Of a stretch of DNA of 64,000 bases, positions 48,350-62,639 are shown one piece after another. This DNA is from Selaginella moellendorffii. Lineage: Eukaryota > Plantae > Lycopodiophyta. The stretch spans positions 106,766 to 170,765 of the forward strand of contig NW_003314276.1 in assembly GCF_000143415.4 (NCBI RefSeq). Reading direction: 5' to 3'. A program made the translations under genes and the position numbers. Below the pieces are notes generated by a model. The model worked only from the letters and a program-made list of their open reading frames with translations. It did no database searches and was not told where the DNA came from. How positions within the stretch are numbered: position 1 is the stretch's first letter; each line of letters starts with the position of its first letter.

Positions 48350-49950
48350 TAACAACTTAAACTTAGCATAATGGACCATCATCAAGAATCTAGTCAAAGC
48401 TAATACAATACTACTATGTGTAAGTAGACTAGCTTCACTATCAACCACTTTGGGGTTGATCATTGTTTACCCAAAAAACTTCATAGACACAATGCTCATT
48501 ATCACATGGATATGATATAAGTATCACAATGACTTGATCATCAATTAAGCAATGCCATGAGCAATGTTTATGTCATTATTTTAGAGGTTTATATGAGTAT
48601 CAAGTGCCAACTCGATTTGACAAAATACAACATAAATGCCACACCTCACTAATAGAGATTTACAACATCAAATACCACCAACTTTTGTTTACAACACGAA
48701 TAAGCTCATGCCACTCTATTTTCGACCAAACTCAAAACTAATCCAACACTAAGCTACTCAAGGAGCAATAGCAAAGTTCCCCAGAAAAGAATTGAGCATT
48801 ATAATCCAAATCTTCAATAGCAAGCCTAGACAAAATGGTATAGCGCTTCACCACTACCCATCCCATGACTCACCACTTGTAAAACCACTATAACCAATAT
48901 GCATCAAGGTAGGGGTTTTTGATTCCATGATGTGAACACGAGCAATGAGTCAAACACCTCATTGCAAATCTCTCCAAGAAGAGAAAATGATTTATGTGTT
49001 TGATCCTTCGTCCCTGAAGACTCTCTTCGGTCTCATCTTTGACTAAACCTCCAGCTTGCATGCACACTGCTTTCAATCCAATCCAAGAAAATTTATAAGA
49101 GAGCACGACAATGACTACTTAAACCTCCTTACAATCTTGGTTGATCCACTTATAATCATACCTAAGAAGGATCCACTAGTGCCATGCTAAACAGCTATGG
49201 ATCAGCCTATTTGCCACTCATAGCAAACCTAGGGGAAGTTTACTTTTTCCCATTGTACATGGAACAACTCATAGAACCACCAATGGGCTAACATTAATCC
49301 TATTAACTCAAAGTGTAACCTTGAGTTGCTAATGTGCCTCACTCATGAGCTCAAGCACAAACTTGTGCTAATGGAACATCTCACATCCATCTTATGAGCC
49401 CAAGCTAAAGTTCATATAATCTAGTATGAAAGATAACCAAATTTCATACCTAAGGAACGATTGCGAAGCCTTTACACCCAAACGTCTACCCACTCAGATC
49501 ATTATTTTCATCTTTGCATATGCAACGAGACTAGATGCCTAATCTCATTAGATAGTACTCAGCGAGATTCATCCTTTGATACCAAATGTCGCGCATGTGG
49601 ATTTTAGTCTTTATCTTATGGTGATTTACCATAGGATAACTATGAAGCGGAACCTAAACCCTCCATGTTCTATGTGTCATATGCCACATGTCATATGCCA
49701 TGTGTCCAAAAGATAGTGGTGTGGAAACCGAGTTTCAGGGCCTTGGGCCACTGAATGAAGGAACGGTGCCAAACTCCCAAGTATGGAGCCAAGGAGCGAT
49801 GGCATTGGAGCACAGAATAACTCTCGAGCATACAACCCAAAGAGCAAAGGGACAGGAGCATGGAGCGACTTGGACCAGTCCTAGAGCATTCAACATTCTA
49901 ATGTTAGGACCACTATGCAAAATGGACTACACTCTAACCACATACTTTTC
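48350..49950 (-). mobile_element. Family D segment with LTR end (49587) and PBS (49577-49584)
   Basis: Minus strand ...CCACATGCGCGACA-TT-TGGTATCAAAG; 48480-49070 matches 4125-4660. Confidence 0.55.
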
Positions 49951-50066
49951 ATCTTAGGCTATGCCATTCCTATTTCCATTGGGATTTTTTTGTAAGAGGT
50001 TTTCATGAACCCACCAACTTGACCTTAACCACCACACTTTGGCACATTCGGTGTCCCCACACCATT

Positions 50067-50712
50067 TGTCATGAATGTGACTTTGGGTATTGAAAGCTAT
50101 CTGTCAGCCAGTCCTTACAGACACTCTTTCCTTACTGCCACAATAGCAAGAGGTCAGTATAGCTAGACCCTTTATTAGTCCCTTTTGTGCTAGTGGAGTT
50201 AACTGGGCATTTCAAATGTACTTAGACCGGACGAGCATAAGGACGGAATTCCTACGTACTATTAGCTAAGCATACTTAGCCCAATAAGGAGTTCATGTCT
50301 AGTTATATATCTTGCACTGGCTAGTAATAAGAACCCTTGCATATTGAGACTAATCCCTTAATATTGCCGAATGATAGTTTACCATGTCTACCAAACACCC
50401 TCGCTATCATGCCCTTTGTATTAGTCTCACTCCGGTCCCAAATGCTATTTATGAAAAGTGTCTAGATTTTCTCAATTGGCATATCTATGAAATATAGAGT
50501 TGTCCTAAACACAATGGTGTTCGTCTCATATCCAAATTCGCAATCTAGGGACATTCCATATTTAGTAAGTTTCGAGTTTGTCCCAAAGACTAACTTCTGG
50601 TACTAAGGGAGGCTTGGGGTGAAAGCCCAAAGCGTGTATTCCTCAAGGGGGGCTATGGGGGGTTCCAAATGTATACTAGGGATAGTGGGTAGATTGGGCA
50701 TGGCCAATCAAT
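50067..50712 (+). mobile_element. Family B LTR, 3' truncated
   Basis: Starts TGTCATGAATGTGAC; collinear with the reverse complements of 3340-3991 and 61640-62275. Confidence 0.75.
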
Positions 50713-50718
50713 TGTAAG

Positions 50719-53235
50719 CGTCTCGGTCTCGGCCTCCGCCTCGGTCTCAGTCTCGGTCCCGGTCTCGGTCTCAGTCTCGGTCTTGGTCCCGGTCTCGGTC
50801 TCAACCTCGGACTCCATCTCGGGTCCTTCTCGGACTTCATCTCGGATTCCATCTTAGGTCCATCTCGGTCCATCTCGGACTTCATCTCGGACTCCGTCTT
50901 GGTCCATCTCGGACTCCATCTCGGACTCCACCTCGAACTCCACCTCGGACTCCATCTCGGACTCCATCTCGGACTCTGTCTTGGACTCAGTCTTCGTCCA
51001 TCTCGGACTCCATTTCGGTCCATCTCAGACTTCATCTCGGACTCCGTCTCGGTCCATCTCGGACTCCATCTCAGACTCCACCTCGGACTCCACCTCAGAC
51101 TCCATCTCGGACTCCATCTCGTACTCCATCTCGGACTCCGTCTTCGTCCATCTCGGACTCCATTTCGGTCCATCTCGGACTTCATCTCAGACTCCGTCTC
51201 AGTCCATCTCGGACTCCATCTCAGACTCCACCTCGGACTCCACCTCGGACTCCATCTCGGACTCCATCTCAGACTCTGTCTCGGACTCCGTCTTCGTCCA
51301 TCTCGGACTCCATTTCAGAGTCCAACTTGGGTCCACTTTTTGGAGCCTCGCTTATTGCTCGCTTCGTGCTTGTTCCTCGAGCACTTTGTTGGGAGTTCCA
51401 CTCCCGCTCTCGACCTTTCAAGTTGGAGCTTTTAGTCCAAACGTGTTACGCTCATTTGACTTTCGCTTTGGCCACTACCACGTGGCACCCTTCCGGCTCC
51501 ACTTTGGGGCCTAGGGATTTTGTGTCTCACAACTCCACCACCCATAGACGAAATTCGATGTCCTCATCGAACGGTAAACCATTCTATAAAGTAACACCCA
51601 CATGTGTTACTATTTCCACCCTTGGCACCTAGCCAATATTTGTCAATGGTTTGACATTGAAGGCTCACCATGCCTTTTCCATATTCGTCAATGGTTTGAT
51701 GCCAAAGGCTCACCACGCCTTGCCCATCCTCTAAGGAGCATAGTCTTTCCAACATGGAGACTTATTCGACCACTTGGGGTGGTTTGCTCCTTTTTATTGG
51801 TTCAGTTCTTGCTAAACCTATTAGAGACATCTTCTCTAACTCAATTCCCACTACTCATAATTGAGTAATCTCAGTTCCCATTGATATAACCTTTGCACTT
51901 TGGAACTTTTAATTTTGACTTCTTGGAGTCAATTTCCTAGGTGTCTCCAGCACCTTGCTTTGCACCTTTTGTGCAACTCTGCTTCCCCATCCTAGGGAGT
52001 TCTCTACTAGAGGGCACCACCATCCTCTTTTCTATTTTGTGCCACCATTGGCACTACGTTCCAATTATCATTATTTGTGCTAGGGCTGTCCATGACCCTA
52101 CCCTTTGGCTACTTTGCCACTCCTCACTTGGAGCTTTTACTTCGCCAAATTGGAGCACTTGGGAATCTATCCTTGGAAGTCCACTTCCCTTCCCACAATC
52201 CGTTAGCACCCAACACGTTAATGTTCTTAGCCTAACTTTGCCATTTGGTTTCTTTCCCATGATTCCCATAGCTCTTTTCTTAGCCATTAGTCTTTTGCTC
52301 CTATCCTTGATTGTTGCACCTAACAACATTGGATCATTACCTCCATTCTCGAAGTATCCTCTTGATTCCCTAGCAAAGACTTTACTTTGCCAAGTCCAAA
52401 GGGTGCTCACCCCTAATACGTCTCTTTAGCATTTCCTGCAGTGGGCTCTATCCACGGCCCAACTTTTGAGACCCTCCCTTGGATCTTTTATAGAGACTAC
52501 TTTTCTCATATTTACTATGCCATAGCCGTGACATAGCTCATTTCCCATAGGTGCTCTTCCCACTTGGTCACCTTGACCAAGCCACACCATTATCAGTAGT
52601 TCAAATCAACACTTTGAACTAGGAATCATATCCCTTAACCCAAACAAAGACCTTGTCCTTGCACCAAAGTGTTCAAGTTAGATATGCCGAGCTTTCACTC
52701 TAAGCAATCTAACCGTGTATCACGACTCCGGGGCATCCCCCGCTTGGCGGTGTGCCCAAGCCAATCTCCTCATTGAGAGTCCATGACCACCAAAATATGA
52801 GTGTCCTCATATTCCAAACCATCACCATGCCCTAGCCATTTGGGACTCGAACCCAAGCACTAGAGGGTCGGGACTTGAACCCAACCTCCGTATATGCATC
52901 TATAGACGGAATCACCTTAGATGCCTGGCGTGACTCCCCACGCCGGTGCACCAACTTATACTTAAAGCGCGCTACAGATCACAGCTTAGGAACTTAGTTC
53001 CTCCACACTTCCAAGTCCTCTCACTTGACAAGTTCGTGATCCTGCATGGACTCCTCCATGCTTGGCCCCATGGCCCACCCTTTTTTAAGTAATCACCTTC
53101 AACTAGGGTATTTGTTCCCCCGACTTGCCAATCTCGTTTGGCAAGTCCTTCGACCACTGTAACATGGTTCCTGCATAAGCGTGAAAGTCCTTGACCATCG
53201 ACTTTCGTTCAAAGCCCTCTCTTTTAAAAATACTT
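50719..53235 (-). mobile_element. Family C 3' internal region, PPT and partial 3' LTR (starts 51531)
   Basis: Reverse complement of ~42265-44800, with an internal deletion. Confidence 0.85.
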
Positions 53236-56200
53236 GTTAAAGCATGGTAGAAAGTGCAAAATTACCCTCCTAGACGAGAGGAGAATAACTAAAGGGAAGG
53301 CATAAGGCCACAAGCAAGTAATGAAGGGATAGAATTGAACCATAAAAATCAAAGGGCATAACTAAGAGTGGTTATGCAAATTGGGAATGAAAAATCAAGT
53401 GGGTGCTCAAACATATTATTATTAGTAACTGTGATGCCATAAAGAGTCTCATGTATGGGATTGTTCATATTAAACCATATGGCTAGAAAGTTTGTGAAAT
53501 GAGAGGCCTTAGCAAGCTAAAGGACAAAATCCCTTCAAAGTTCCCATAAACAATTCTAGATAGATTGGTACCTAGAAAGACAAGTGTAAATGGTTTATGA
53601 AATGTGCAAAATCAAAATGCCATAACAGAAGTGTGGTTTTGAAGCTTGCCATGAAGTGAGGCTATCAAGGTTGAGGAAATAGTCCCTAAGGGTTTAAAGA
53701 GACGGCTTTGAATAAAAATCAATGGTTAAGGACTTTCACACTTATGCATGAAACCATATTATGCTGGTCGGGTGACATGCTAATCGAGATTGGCAAATCA
53801 AGAGAACAAAGACCCTAGTTGAAAGTGTTGACTTCAAAAAGGGTGGCCTATAGGGCCAAGCATGGAAGAGTCCATGCATGATCACAGACTTGTCAAGTGA
53901 AAGGACTTGGCAGTTCGGAACTAAATTCCTAATTTGTGATCTATAGTGCACTTTAAATATAAGTTGTTGCACTAGCGTGGGGAGTCACACTAGGCATCCT
54001 GAGTGATGCCTTCCATAGATGCATATGTGGAGGTTGGGTTCGAGTCCCAACCCTCTAGTGCTTGGGTTCGAGTCCCAACTCACTAAGGCATAATGATGGT
54101 TTGGAATATGAGGACACTCATTTTTCGGTGGTCATGGACTTTCAGTGAGGAAACTGGTTTGGGCAAACCGTTAAGCGGGGGATTCCCCAGAGTTGTGATG
54201 CACAGTTAAATTGCTTAGTGTGAAAGCTTAGCATATCTAACTTGAACACTTTGGTGCAAGTGCCACTAAGGATATGGTCAATGATATGGGGACACCCAGT
54301 CTCAATTGCTATGGACCTTTGGCCAAAAGGGCTGGCTTGGGCACACTGCCAAGTGTGGGGGATGCTCCCAGGGTTATAATCAACAACTTAAAGGTTTGGA
54401 AGACCTAGTACCTATTGGCAAACTTGCTAAAGTGTTAGGTTAGATTACTAAGTGATCTTATGGCTAAAAAAAGGATAAAGTCCTTATAAGGTTAAGGAAT
54501 AAAATTCTTAGTTCAAAGTGTTGATTTGAACTATTGGTAATGGTGTGGCTTGGTCGAAATGACCAAGTGGGAAAGACATCTAAAAGAAATAAACTACGAC
54601 AATACAATGGTATTGTGAGTTTAGGAAAGGGACTCATAGGTGGGTCGCTAAGTTGGGCTGTGCCAGAGCACATAGCAAAACATGCCAAAGAAACCTACTG
54701 AGGGTGAATAGCCTTTAGATTTGGCAAAGCAAAGCTTTTGCCATGGAACCAAAAGGATACCTCGAGCATGGAGGTAGTGATCTTATGTTGTTTAGTGCAA
54801 CAATCAACGACTAGGAGCAAAAAACTAGTGGCCAAGTTTGGGTAATAGAAATCCAACTAACAAAGTTGAGTAAAGAACACTTATATGTAGGATGCTAACG
54901 GATTGTGGGAAAGAGAATATGTTTTAAAGAATAGATTCCCAAATGTTCCAATTTGGCAAAGGTGAAAGTTCCAAGGGAGGGAATGGCAAGGTAGCCAAAT
55001 GATAGAATCGTAGACAACTCTTAGTGCCTAGAATGGCTCGAAATAGAAAAGAGGATAATGGTGCTCTCAAGTAAAGAACTTCCTAGAATGGGGAAGTGGA
55101 GTTTGCACAACACATATAATGTAGGATGTCGAAAACACTTAAGAAATTGACTATGAGAAGTCAAAATTAAAAATTCCAAAATGCAATATTTATGCTAGTA
55201 GAGGCCGAGACTACTCTTGAATAAGTAGTCAAATTGAAATAGAGACAATGTCTCTAATGCATTTAGCATAAACTAAACAAACAAAACGGGAAACACTATC
55301 ATAAGTGGTCTAATGAGTCTTTAAGTTGGAGAGACTATGCTCTTTAGAGGTTGGACAAGGTATAGTGAGCCTTTAGTGTCAAACCATTGACGAATATTGG
55401 CTAGGTACTAAGGATGGAAAGGGTAATATATGGTGTTACTTTATAAAATGGTTTATCATTTGATCAGGACATCGAACTTCGTCTATGAGTGGTGGAGCTG
55501 TGAGACACAAATCCCAAAGCCCCAAAAAGTGGAGCCAAAATGATGCCATATGGTAGTGTAGCACATGTGATTATGGGATGAGATTTAGATATACTGTTAC
55601 CATAGATCCTTGGAACCTCAGAAGATAAATGAGGATAAAATAACCATCAAGCAATTACCCCTTTCCCAGTTGGCTTAAAGGGAGAGAGATAAGGTGCACT
55701 ACATATCGTATCAAAGCAAACGGCATAAGTTTGATTCCCATTGATTAGTGGCTACTTAAAAATATAATATACCCTTGAGCAAGGTATATTCCTACCTCTA
55801 AAATTTGAAACTATATATTGTACATCCATGTGTACGTCCTTCCTCTTGGTAGAGCATCCACGGACAAACATATCCACTGTGGGACTGTGGTACAAATGGA
55901 TAACTAGTTGCGTCACATGGAATAGCTGATCTACACAATAAAAGGATTGATAGATTTAATAAGAAAATGGAGGTGTTGGTTCCCCTTGGCTCAATAGGGA
56001 TTGTTAATCAATAGTCAATGAGGACATTAACATCTCTAAAGGGGGGGTAAATGTGGCACATGTGACCATGGGATGAGATTTGAATATATTGTCACCATGG
56101 ATCTTTAGAACCTTAGGAGATAAATGGGGATAAAATAGCTATTAAGGGCTTTCTCATCAAGCAATTGCACCTTTTTAGTTGGATTAAGGGGAGAGAGATA

Positions 56201-56828
56201 AGGTGCACTACAAGTAGTGGCCAAAGCAGAAGCTAAACTAGAGTAACACATTTGGACTAAAAGCCGACTTGAAAAGTTGAGAGCAGGAGTGGAACTCTCA
56301 ATGAAGTGCTCAAGGAACAAGCAATAAGTCAGTCTCTAAAAATAGGACACAAGAGGACTAACACATGACATGTGGAACTATTGAGATGAAGTCCAAAATG
56401 GACCCGAGATGGAGTTCGAGATGGACCCAAGATAGAGTCCGAAATGGACTCAAGATGGAGTTTGAGATGGAGTCTAAGATGGACCCGAGATGGAGTCTAA
56501 GATAGAGTCTGCGATGGAGGTGTAAGACCCAGAAAGGCTATGCTTACGTGTTAGGTGATGATATATCCACTAAGGAGTCCAAAGCTAGAGTAAATACAGA
56601 TAGACAAGTCAGGTAGTTTGGTGAAGGTTTCAAAAGCCGGCTCTAGCTCCCATGGGAGATCAAATTGTCGACACTCCCAATCTAAGCATGGGTGGCACTA
56701 CCTACTTGGATACCTAGTGTGGCTCAACGGAACTTTGCTCTAGCCCTATGGCTAGAGCACCCAAAGCCGGAAGGTGGGGAGAGTATCTATGAGACTTGCG
56801 TAGGGCCATGGTATTTTGAAATGTTGTC
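53236..56828 (+). mobile_element. Family C internal region and 3' LTR (from 55499), interrupted by TRIM E and Gypsy F
   Basis: Collinear with ~41800-45370. The LTR tail reappears at 62276-62362. Confidence 0.8.
55557..56212 (+). mobile_element. TRIM (family E), 656 bp: LTRs 55557-55703 and 56052-56212
   Basis: TGT...GGTGCACTACA direct repeats; PBS-like TCGTATCAAAGC; PPT AAAGGGGGGG; TSD GGTAG/AGTAG (1 mismatch). Confidence 0.9.
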
Positions 56829-59800
56829 CAACATATCTTGGTAATAGCTTTCGAAACAAAGATCTCTTAATGTTCAAGTTTTGGGAAGATAGCCACACCC
56901 GATCTCCCACTTGATAGGATACATCCTGACGATGTTGATCCTTATCACGTCGATACCTATCCTGAGCTTTGCCCATCACCTTAGTAGCTCTAGACCAACC
57001 TTGGTGTAACTACTTTTCATAAGTCTCAACAGCCGGGACCAACACTTTGGACATTGGTTTTGGTAAAACAATCTGTTGAGGCACTCTACAAGCATTCCCT
57101 TGCAGCATCTCCCATGGAGAACAGCCAATAGTGCTGTGAAATGTGTTGTTATAACAGATTTCTACTTTGTGTAAATGCTCAACCCAGTTGCGTTGGTCCG
57201 CCACGACATAGTACCGAAGATAATCCTCAACTTGAGCATTCACGTGTTCAGTCTGCACATCGGTTTGAGGATGATAAGCTGTATTAAACTTCAACTTGGT
57301 ATTGAGAAATTGGAACAATGTGCCCCAAAACTTCCTTGTAAATCTCGAAGCTCTATTTGAGATCATTTCTTTGGGAAGACCAAGAACCTGCACTACTTCA
57401 TGGAAAAAGAACTTTATTGCTTGCTTTGCATTCACTGTTTTCATAGTTGGAATGAAATGTGCAATCTTCGACAATCGATCCACAACCACCATCAAAGTAT
57501 TATAAACCTTAGATTCGGCAAGCAAGTGACGAAATCAAGTGTCACACTCTAAAATGGCCATGTCAGTGCTAGAATGCATTGCAACTTTCCAGCCTGTTCC
57601 TCAGTTCTGCGCTTATATTGCTAGCATGTAGGGCATAAACGGACATAGTTCGCTACATCACCTTCCATACCAGACCAAAAAAATCCCTTTTTCAACAAAG
57701 GTAGAGTCTTTCACTTTCCACCATGTCCCACTGCCGAAACATCATGATGTTCCTGCAGAAACACTTGCTGTAGATCCTTAGAGGAAAGATAAAATCTTTC
57801 TTGCTTATAGAATATAAGCCCATCTTGAACTGAGAAGTGAAGCTTTGCATTGGTTCAATTAGCAACTCTTGCCGCTTCGCTACTAGGGATCTACTTCGAC
57901 AACTCCACATAGTGCAAGATTGCCTTTGCCAGCAGATCACTTCCATACGAAACCCAAACATCCTCTAACCAGTCCAAACTGATTGCCGATATTGCCCGTA
58001 ACTGAGCCTAATGACTCAATGCATCCAAAACAATATTGTCTTTACCAGGTTTATATATGATTTTAATATCATATCTAGCAGGTTTCTCTTGCCAACGAGC
58101 CTGCTTCGGAGTAAGCTTAGGCTGCGTAGCAATGGAGCTTAGTGTGTTACTATTTATATAAACCTTGGTGTGTCCACCCAAGTAGTGTCTCCAGTTTTCC
58201 AAGGCTGACACTATAGCAAACATCTTTTTCTCATGTATTGGCCATCTTTGTTGAGTTTCATACAATTTTTTGGAATAGAACGCAATAGGACAACTATGTC
58301 ACCTTAACGTAATACAAACCACTTTATCACAATCTTGCTATAACATGGCACTAATAGCATAGCCAGATGCATCACAATGCACTTCGAAGGGTTTATCAAG
58401 ATCTGGGATCCTGAGAATAGGAATCATAGTCAAGATCTCATTCAATCATACAAAAGCACACTGATAAGCTGGTGTCCAATGAAATGGTATACTACTTAGT
58501 CAATGGAAGAACAATTCTTGCAAAATTGTGGACAACTTGCAATAGTATCCTGCTAACCCGAGAAAGGAAAGAACATCTGATACAGTGGTTGGAACTTCCC
58601 AATTCTTCACCACTTCCACCTTCTTTGGATCTACCTCAATTACGCCACCACCAACTACATGTCCAAAAAAGTTTACTCGCAATTGTTCGAAAGAGCATTT
58701 ACTTTCCTTAACTTACAATTTGTGTTCACGCAACTTCTGAAACACTAGCTCCAAGTGTTTCAAATGATCCTCCAACGTTTCACTAAAGACTAGAATATCG
58801 TTGATATATAGGACAACAAATGTGTCTAAATAATCTCCGAACATTCTATCCATCATAGTGCTGAATGTTGCTAAAGCATTGTATAACCCAAATAGCATGA
58901 CAAGGAACTTATAAGATCTGTACTGAGTTTTAAAGGCTGTCTTCTCCACATCCTGATCTGCCACCCATATCTGATGATACTCAGACTGCAAATCAAGTCA
59001 CGTAAAATACTTACCTTTAAGAGATGGTCAAACAAGTCATTAATGCGAGGCAAAGGATAACTGTTTTTGACCGTGATCTTATTGAGTGCCCGATAGTCAA
59101 TACACATTCTTATGGTTCCATCCTTTTTTATAACAAAAAGGACCAGCACTCCATAAGGTGACTTGTTTGGTCGGATATGACCTTTGTCAAGAAGCTCCGT
59201 GAGTTGCTTTTTGAGTTCAGCCATCTCCTTGATGTTCAAACAATATGGAGCCTTTGTAGGTGGTTTAGAACCCAAAATAACCTCAATCCAATGATCAACC
59301 TTACAGCTAGGAGGTAGCTCTAGCAGTAAATCCTTTGGGAAGATATCCTAATTCCTTGCGAACAACTCTAATATCTTCTTTGGTATAGGATCAACCCTAT
59401 CACCGATTTGAACTGAGTCACAAACACCCTCATCTTCTATCACTTGAACCCAAAAGGTCTGACATCCCTTCTTAGCTGCTTTTTGAGTGGCTCTCGCAGT
59501 CAGGAACATAACATCCCAATCCTTTGAGGAGCGCTTTTGCACTTGGAAGGACACATTGGGACATCCTTCTGACGTTAATATGATGCGACTTTATCTAGCA
59601 CCATAAATCCCTTTTATATATTTTATGAAGAAATTCATACCAAACACCATCCGAAAATTTGGTGTCTTCAACACTACCAAGTCCACTCTTTCTTTCCACT
59701 TGGATATTTTTATTGGAACATCACTTACAAACTTTCTGGCTACTTGCCCACCTTCCACAAACCAGAAATGTATGCGCAAAATTTTCTATATTTACAACTT

Positions 59801-61553
59801 AACTAAGTCTTTAGATATCACACTGTGCATAGCTCCCATGTCAATCATCACTCAGATTCAATGTCCACGGATAAAGCCTACTAGATACATCAACAGATTA
59901 GTGTTTGCATTAATTGTAAGAAAAACTTGAGGAAAGCAACGAAAGTAACTCACCTCCTCTTCTTCATAGTCTACATTGACCAACTCGTCAACCCCTTCAA
60001 CTTCACCACCACCGTCTTCCCTCATGACATTAACATGAGACCTTGTCTTATATTTATTGGGACATTCCGAGGACTTATGTCCTGACTCTCCACAATGGAA
60101 ACAATGACCCACACTATCCATTCTGCTAGGAGCAAGTTTCACCGGTTGCTGCTGTTTGTACCCACCAAGAGGAGCAGAGGGCCTAGGACTAAAAGAAGCT
60201 GCTGGTGGTCTCAAACCACCACCACCACCTTTGTTAAATGTTGCTTGTGAGCCCTCAGGGCGGAACCTACCTTCCACCCTCTGTTTCCAATCACCTTGTT
60301 TATTCAAAGAATTCTTATTGTTGTCTAAAGTACCAGTATACAGCTACTGATATTATTCCATGAGTGAGTGACTAAAGGCAACTTGTTGTGCTGCCTCCCT
60401 ACACTCAAGATATGTCTTTGGCTTATACTTCAAAATCTCATTGCAAGAAAGTGAACTTAAACCTTCCAGGAAATAACTTCGAGCATCTTCGTCACTCTTT
60501 ATTGCAATCATATTGCACTTATGAATAAACGCATTAACGTAATCCATGAGGTCCCCTCGCTGCTTTAACTATTGCAACTCCACATGAAGTCTTAGACCAA
60601 AATCATCTGGCAAGTATTTCTTATGAATACGAGACCACATCTTGGTCCAACTTCTAGTCTGCCCTTTTCATCACACACCTAGTGCCACCAAGTTTGACAT
60701 GATCAATGAGAAAGGATTGCATGCACACAACTTTCGTACGATCATCTATGTTTGCCACTATGAAATAGTTTTCCATGTCATTGACCCAGTCTTCCAAAAC
60801 TTAATAGTCCCGCATGCCTCTGAAATTGGATAGTTTCGAAGGCTTGAACTTTGAAACTTGTGCAACCGAGGGTGACTGTAGAACTTCATCGTTCTCAGAA
60901 CTTGAAAAGGAGTCTAGTTGCTTAGGTTTAGCTGGTTTAGCAGCCTCAGCTTCTTTCTTACTCTTCTTATTCTCCTTCTTCAATTTGCCAATTTCCCTTT
61001 GCAAATTCTTGATCTCGACTTCCTGAGCCACACACTACAGTGCCGTAACATTTGGCTCTTCCTCTTCTAACTCAACCTCAGCCTCTTCCACAACATCTCT
61101 AACAGGAGTTTCCTCCTCTCGATTTGCCCATCTAGAAGTTTCAGTGTCATCAACAAGGTTCCTTTTCACCATCCCGCTAGCTACATACATGCCTCTATTA
61201 GTAACTAAACATGCATACAACATTCTTACTGAATGGTGCAATCCAACTAATTCTACATAGGTTGTTTTGGATCTACTAGAAAAGTTTCTGTGTATGCAAC
61301 TTGAGTTAGAAAATCCGACAAAAGTTAGATAGGAATCGCTGAGACAATTTTTTTGATACCAAATGTAGTGCACCTAAATTTGGACTGAACTGTAAACCTG
61401 TTGCACTATGAATGAGGGTCCGGTACAATCCCATCAGCACCGGCTCCCCATATCCAGCACCTACATACAAAATGGTGTTAGATAGAGTCTGGCACAATTT
61501 TGGCATACCGATGACCTAACTCGAGGAGGAGGGTACCCCACCAACTAGAGCAG
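56829..61553 (-). mobile_element. Ty3/Gypsy family F: U5 remnant (61364-61553), PBS, gag (zinc knuckle), PR, RT, RH, IN; 3' truncated, pseudogenised
   Basis: ...AGGTGCACTACA-TT-TGGTATCA; CFHCGESGHKSSEC; [28 protein letters not shown]; VVLYINDILVF; VVVDRLSKIAHF; YHPQTDVQTE; ends at KLLPRYVG. Confidence 0.92.
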
Positions 61554-62275
61554 TGTGGAACTTGGGCTTAGACCCAAGCTAAATGCAGAACACAGAGCGA
61601 CATAGCCCAGCAGGAGCCAAACTAATGTCTCAGGTGGTTAGACATGCATTCCAACCACTATTCCTACTATACATTTGGAACCCTCTATAGCCCCCCTTGA
61701 GAAACACACGCTTTGGGCTTTCACCCCAAGCCTCCCTTAATACCAGGAGTTAATCTTTGGGACAAGCTCAAAACTTACTAAATATGGAATGTCTCTCGAT
61801 TGTAAATTTGGACATGGGACGAACACCATTGTGTTCAAGCTAATCTCTACATTCTGTAAATATGCCAAATGAGTGAATCTAGACACTTTCCATAATTAGC
61901 ATTTGGGACCGAAATGAGATTAACACAAAGGGCATGATAACGAGGGTGTTTGGTAGACACTATAAACTATCATTTAGCGATATTGAGGAACTAGTCTTAA
62001 TACGCGAGGGTTCTTGTCACTAGCCAGTGCAAGACATAACGAGACAAGAACTCCTTACCAGGCTAAGTATGCTTAGCTAATAGCACATAGGAATTCCATC
62101 CTTATGCTCGTTTGGTCGAACTACACTCAAAATGCCCAATTAACTTCACTAGCATAAGAGGGGCTTCCAAAAAGATCCAACTATACCGACTCTTGCTATA
62201 ATGGCAATAAGGAAAGAGTGTTTGTAAGGACTGGCCAACAAGTATCTTTCGTTACCCGAAGTAATAATTGCGACA
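61554..62275 (-). mobile_element. Family B LTR (722 bp, TGTCGC...TTCCACA)
   Basis: TG/CA termini; matches 3262-3991. Confidence 0.75.
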
Positions 62276-62373
62276 CTTATGAAGGTTGTGATTGAGACTC
62301 CTACAAATAGTCAAAGATGTGGTTAAGTGACTCAAGTAAAATGATAAATTTAGTCGTTTATAGCATAGTGGAT

Positions 62374-62639
62374 TGTAAGCAACTAAAGAAAATAACTCAA
62401 AAGACAATCCAATATAAAGCGAAAGAACTCATGAACAAAAATGCACCCACTTTTCTAATTAGTTAATGGTCTTGGGATACGTAAGGTTAAACTTGAATAG
62501 TACTGGGCTGATTGACCTCCCAGGAAGTCCAAAACTCAAGAGCTTACACTTAGGGTTATACTTAGGGTTAAGCATCTTTGGGTTTGAATAGTACTGGGCT
62601 GAGTGACCTTTTGGGAAGTCCAAAACTCAAGAGCTTACA
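62374..62639 (+). mobile_element. TRIM family G LTR with duplicated 3' end
   Basis: Starts TGTAAGCAAC; GAAGTCCAAAACTCAAGAGCTTACA occurs twice. Confidence 0.65.
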
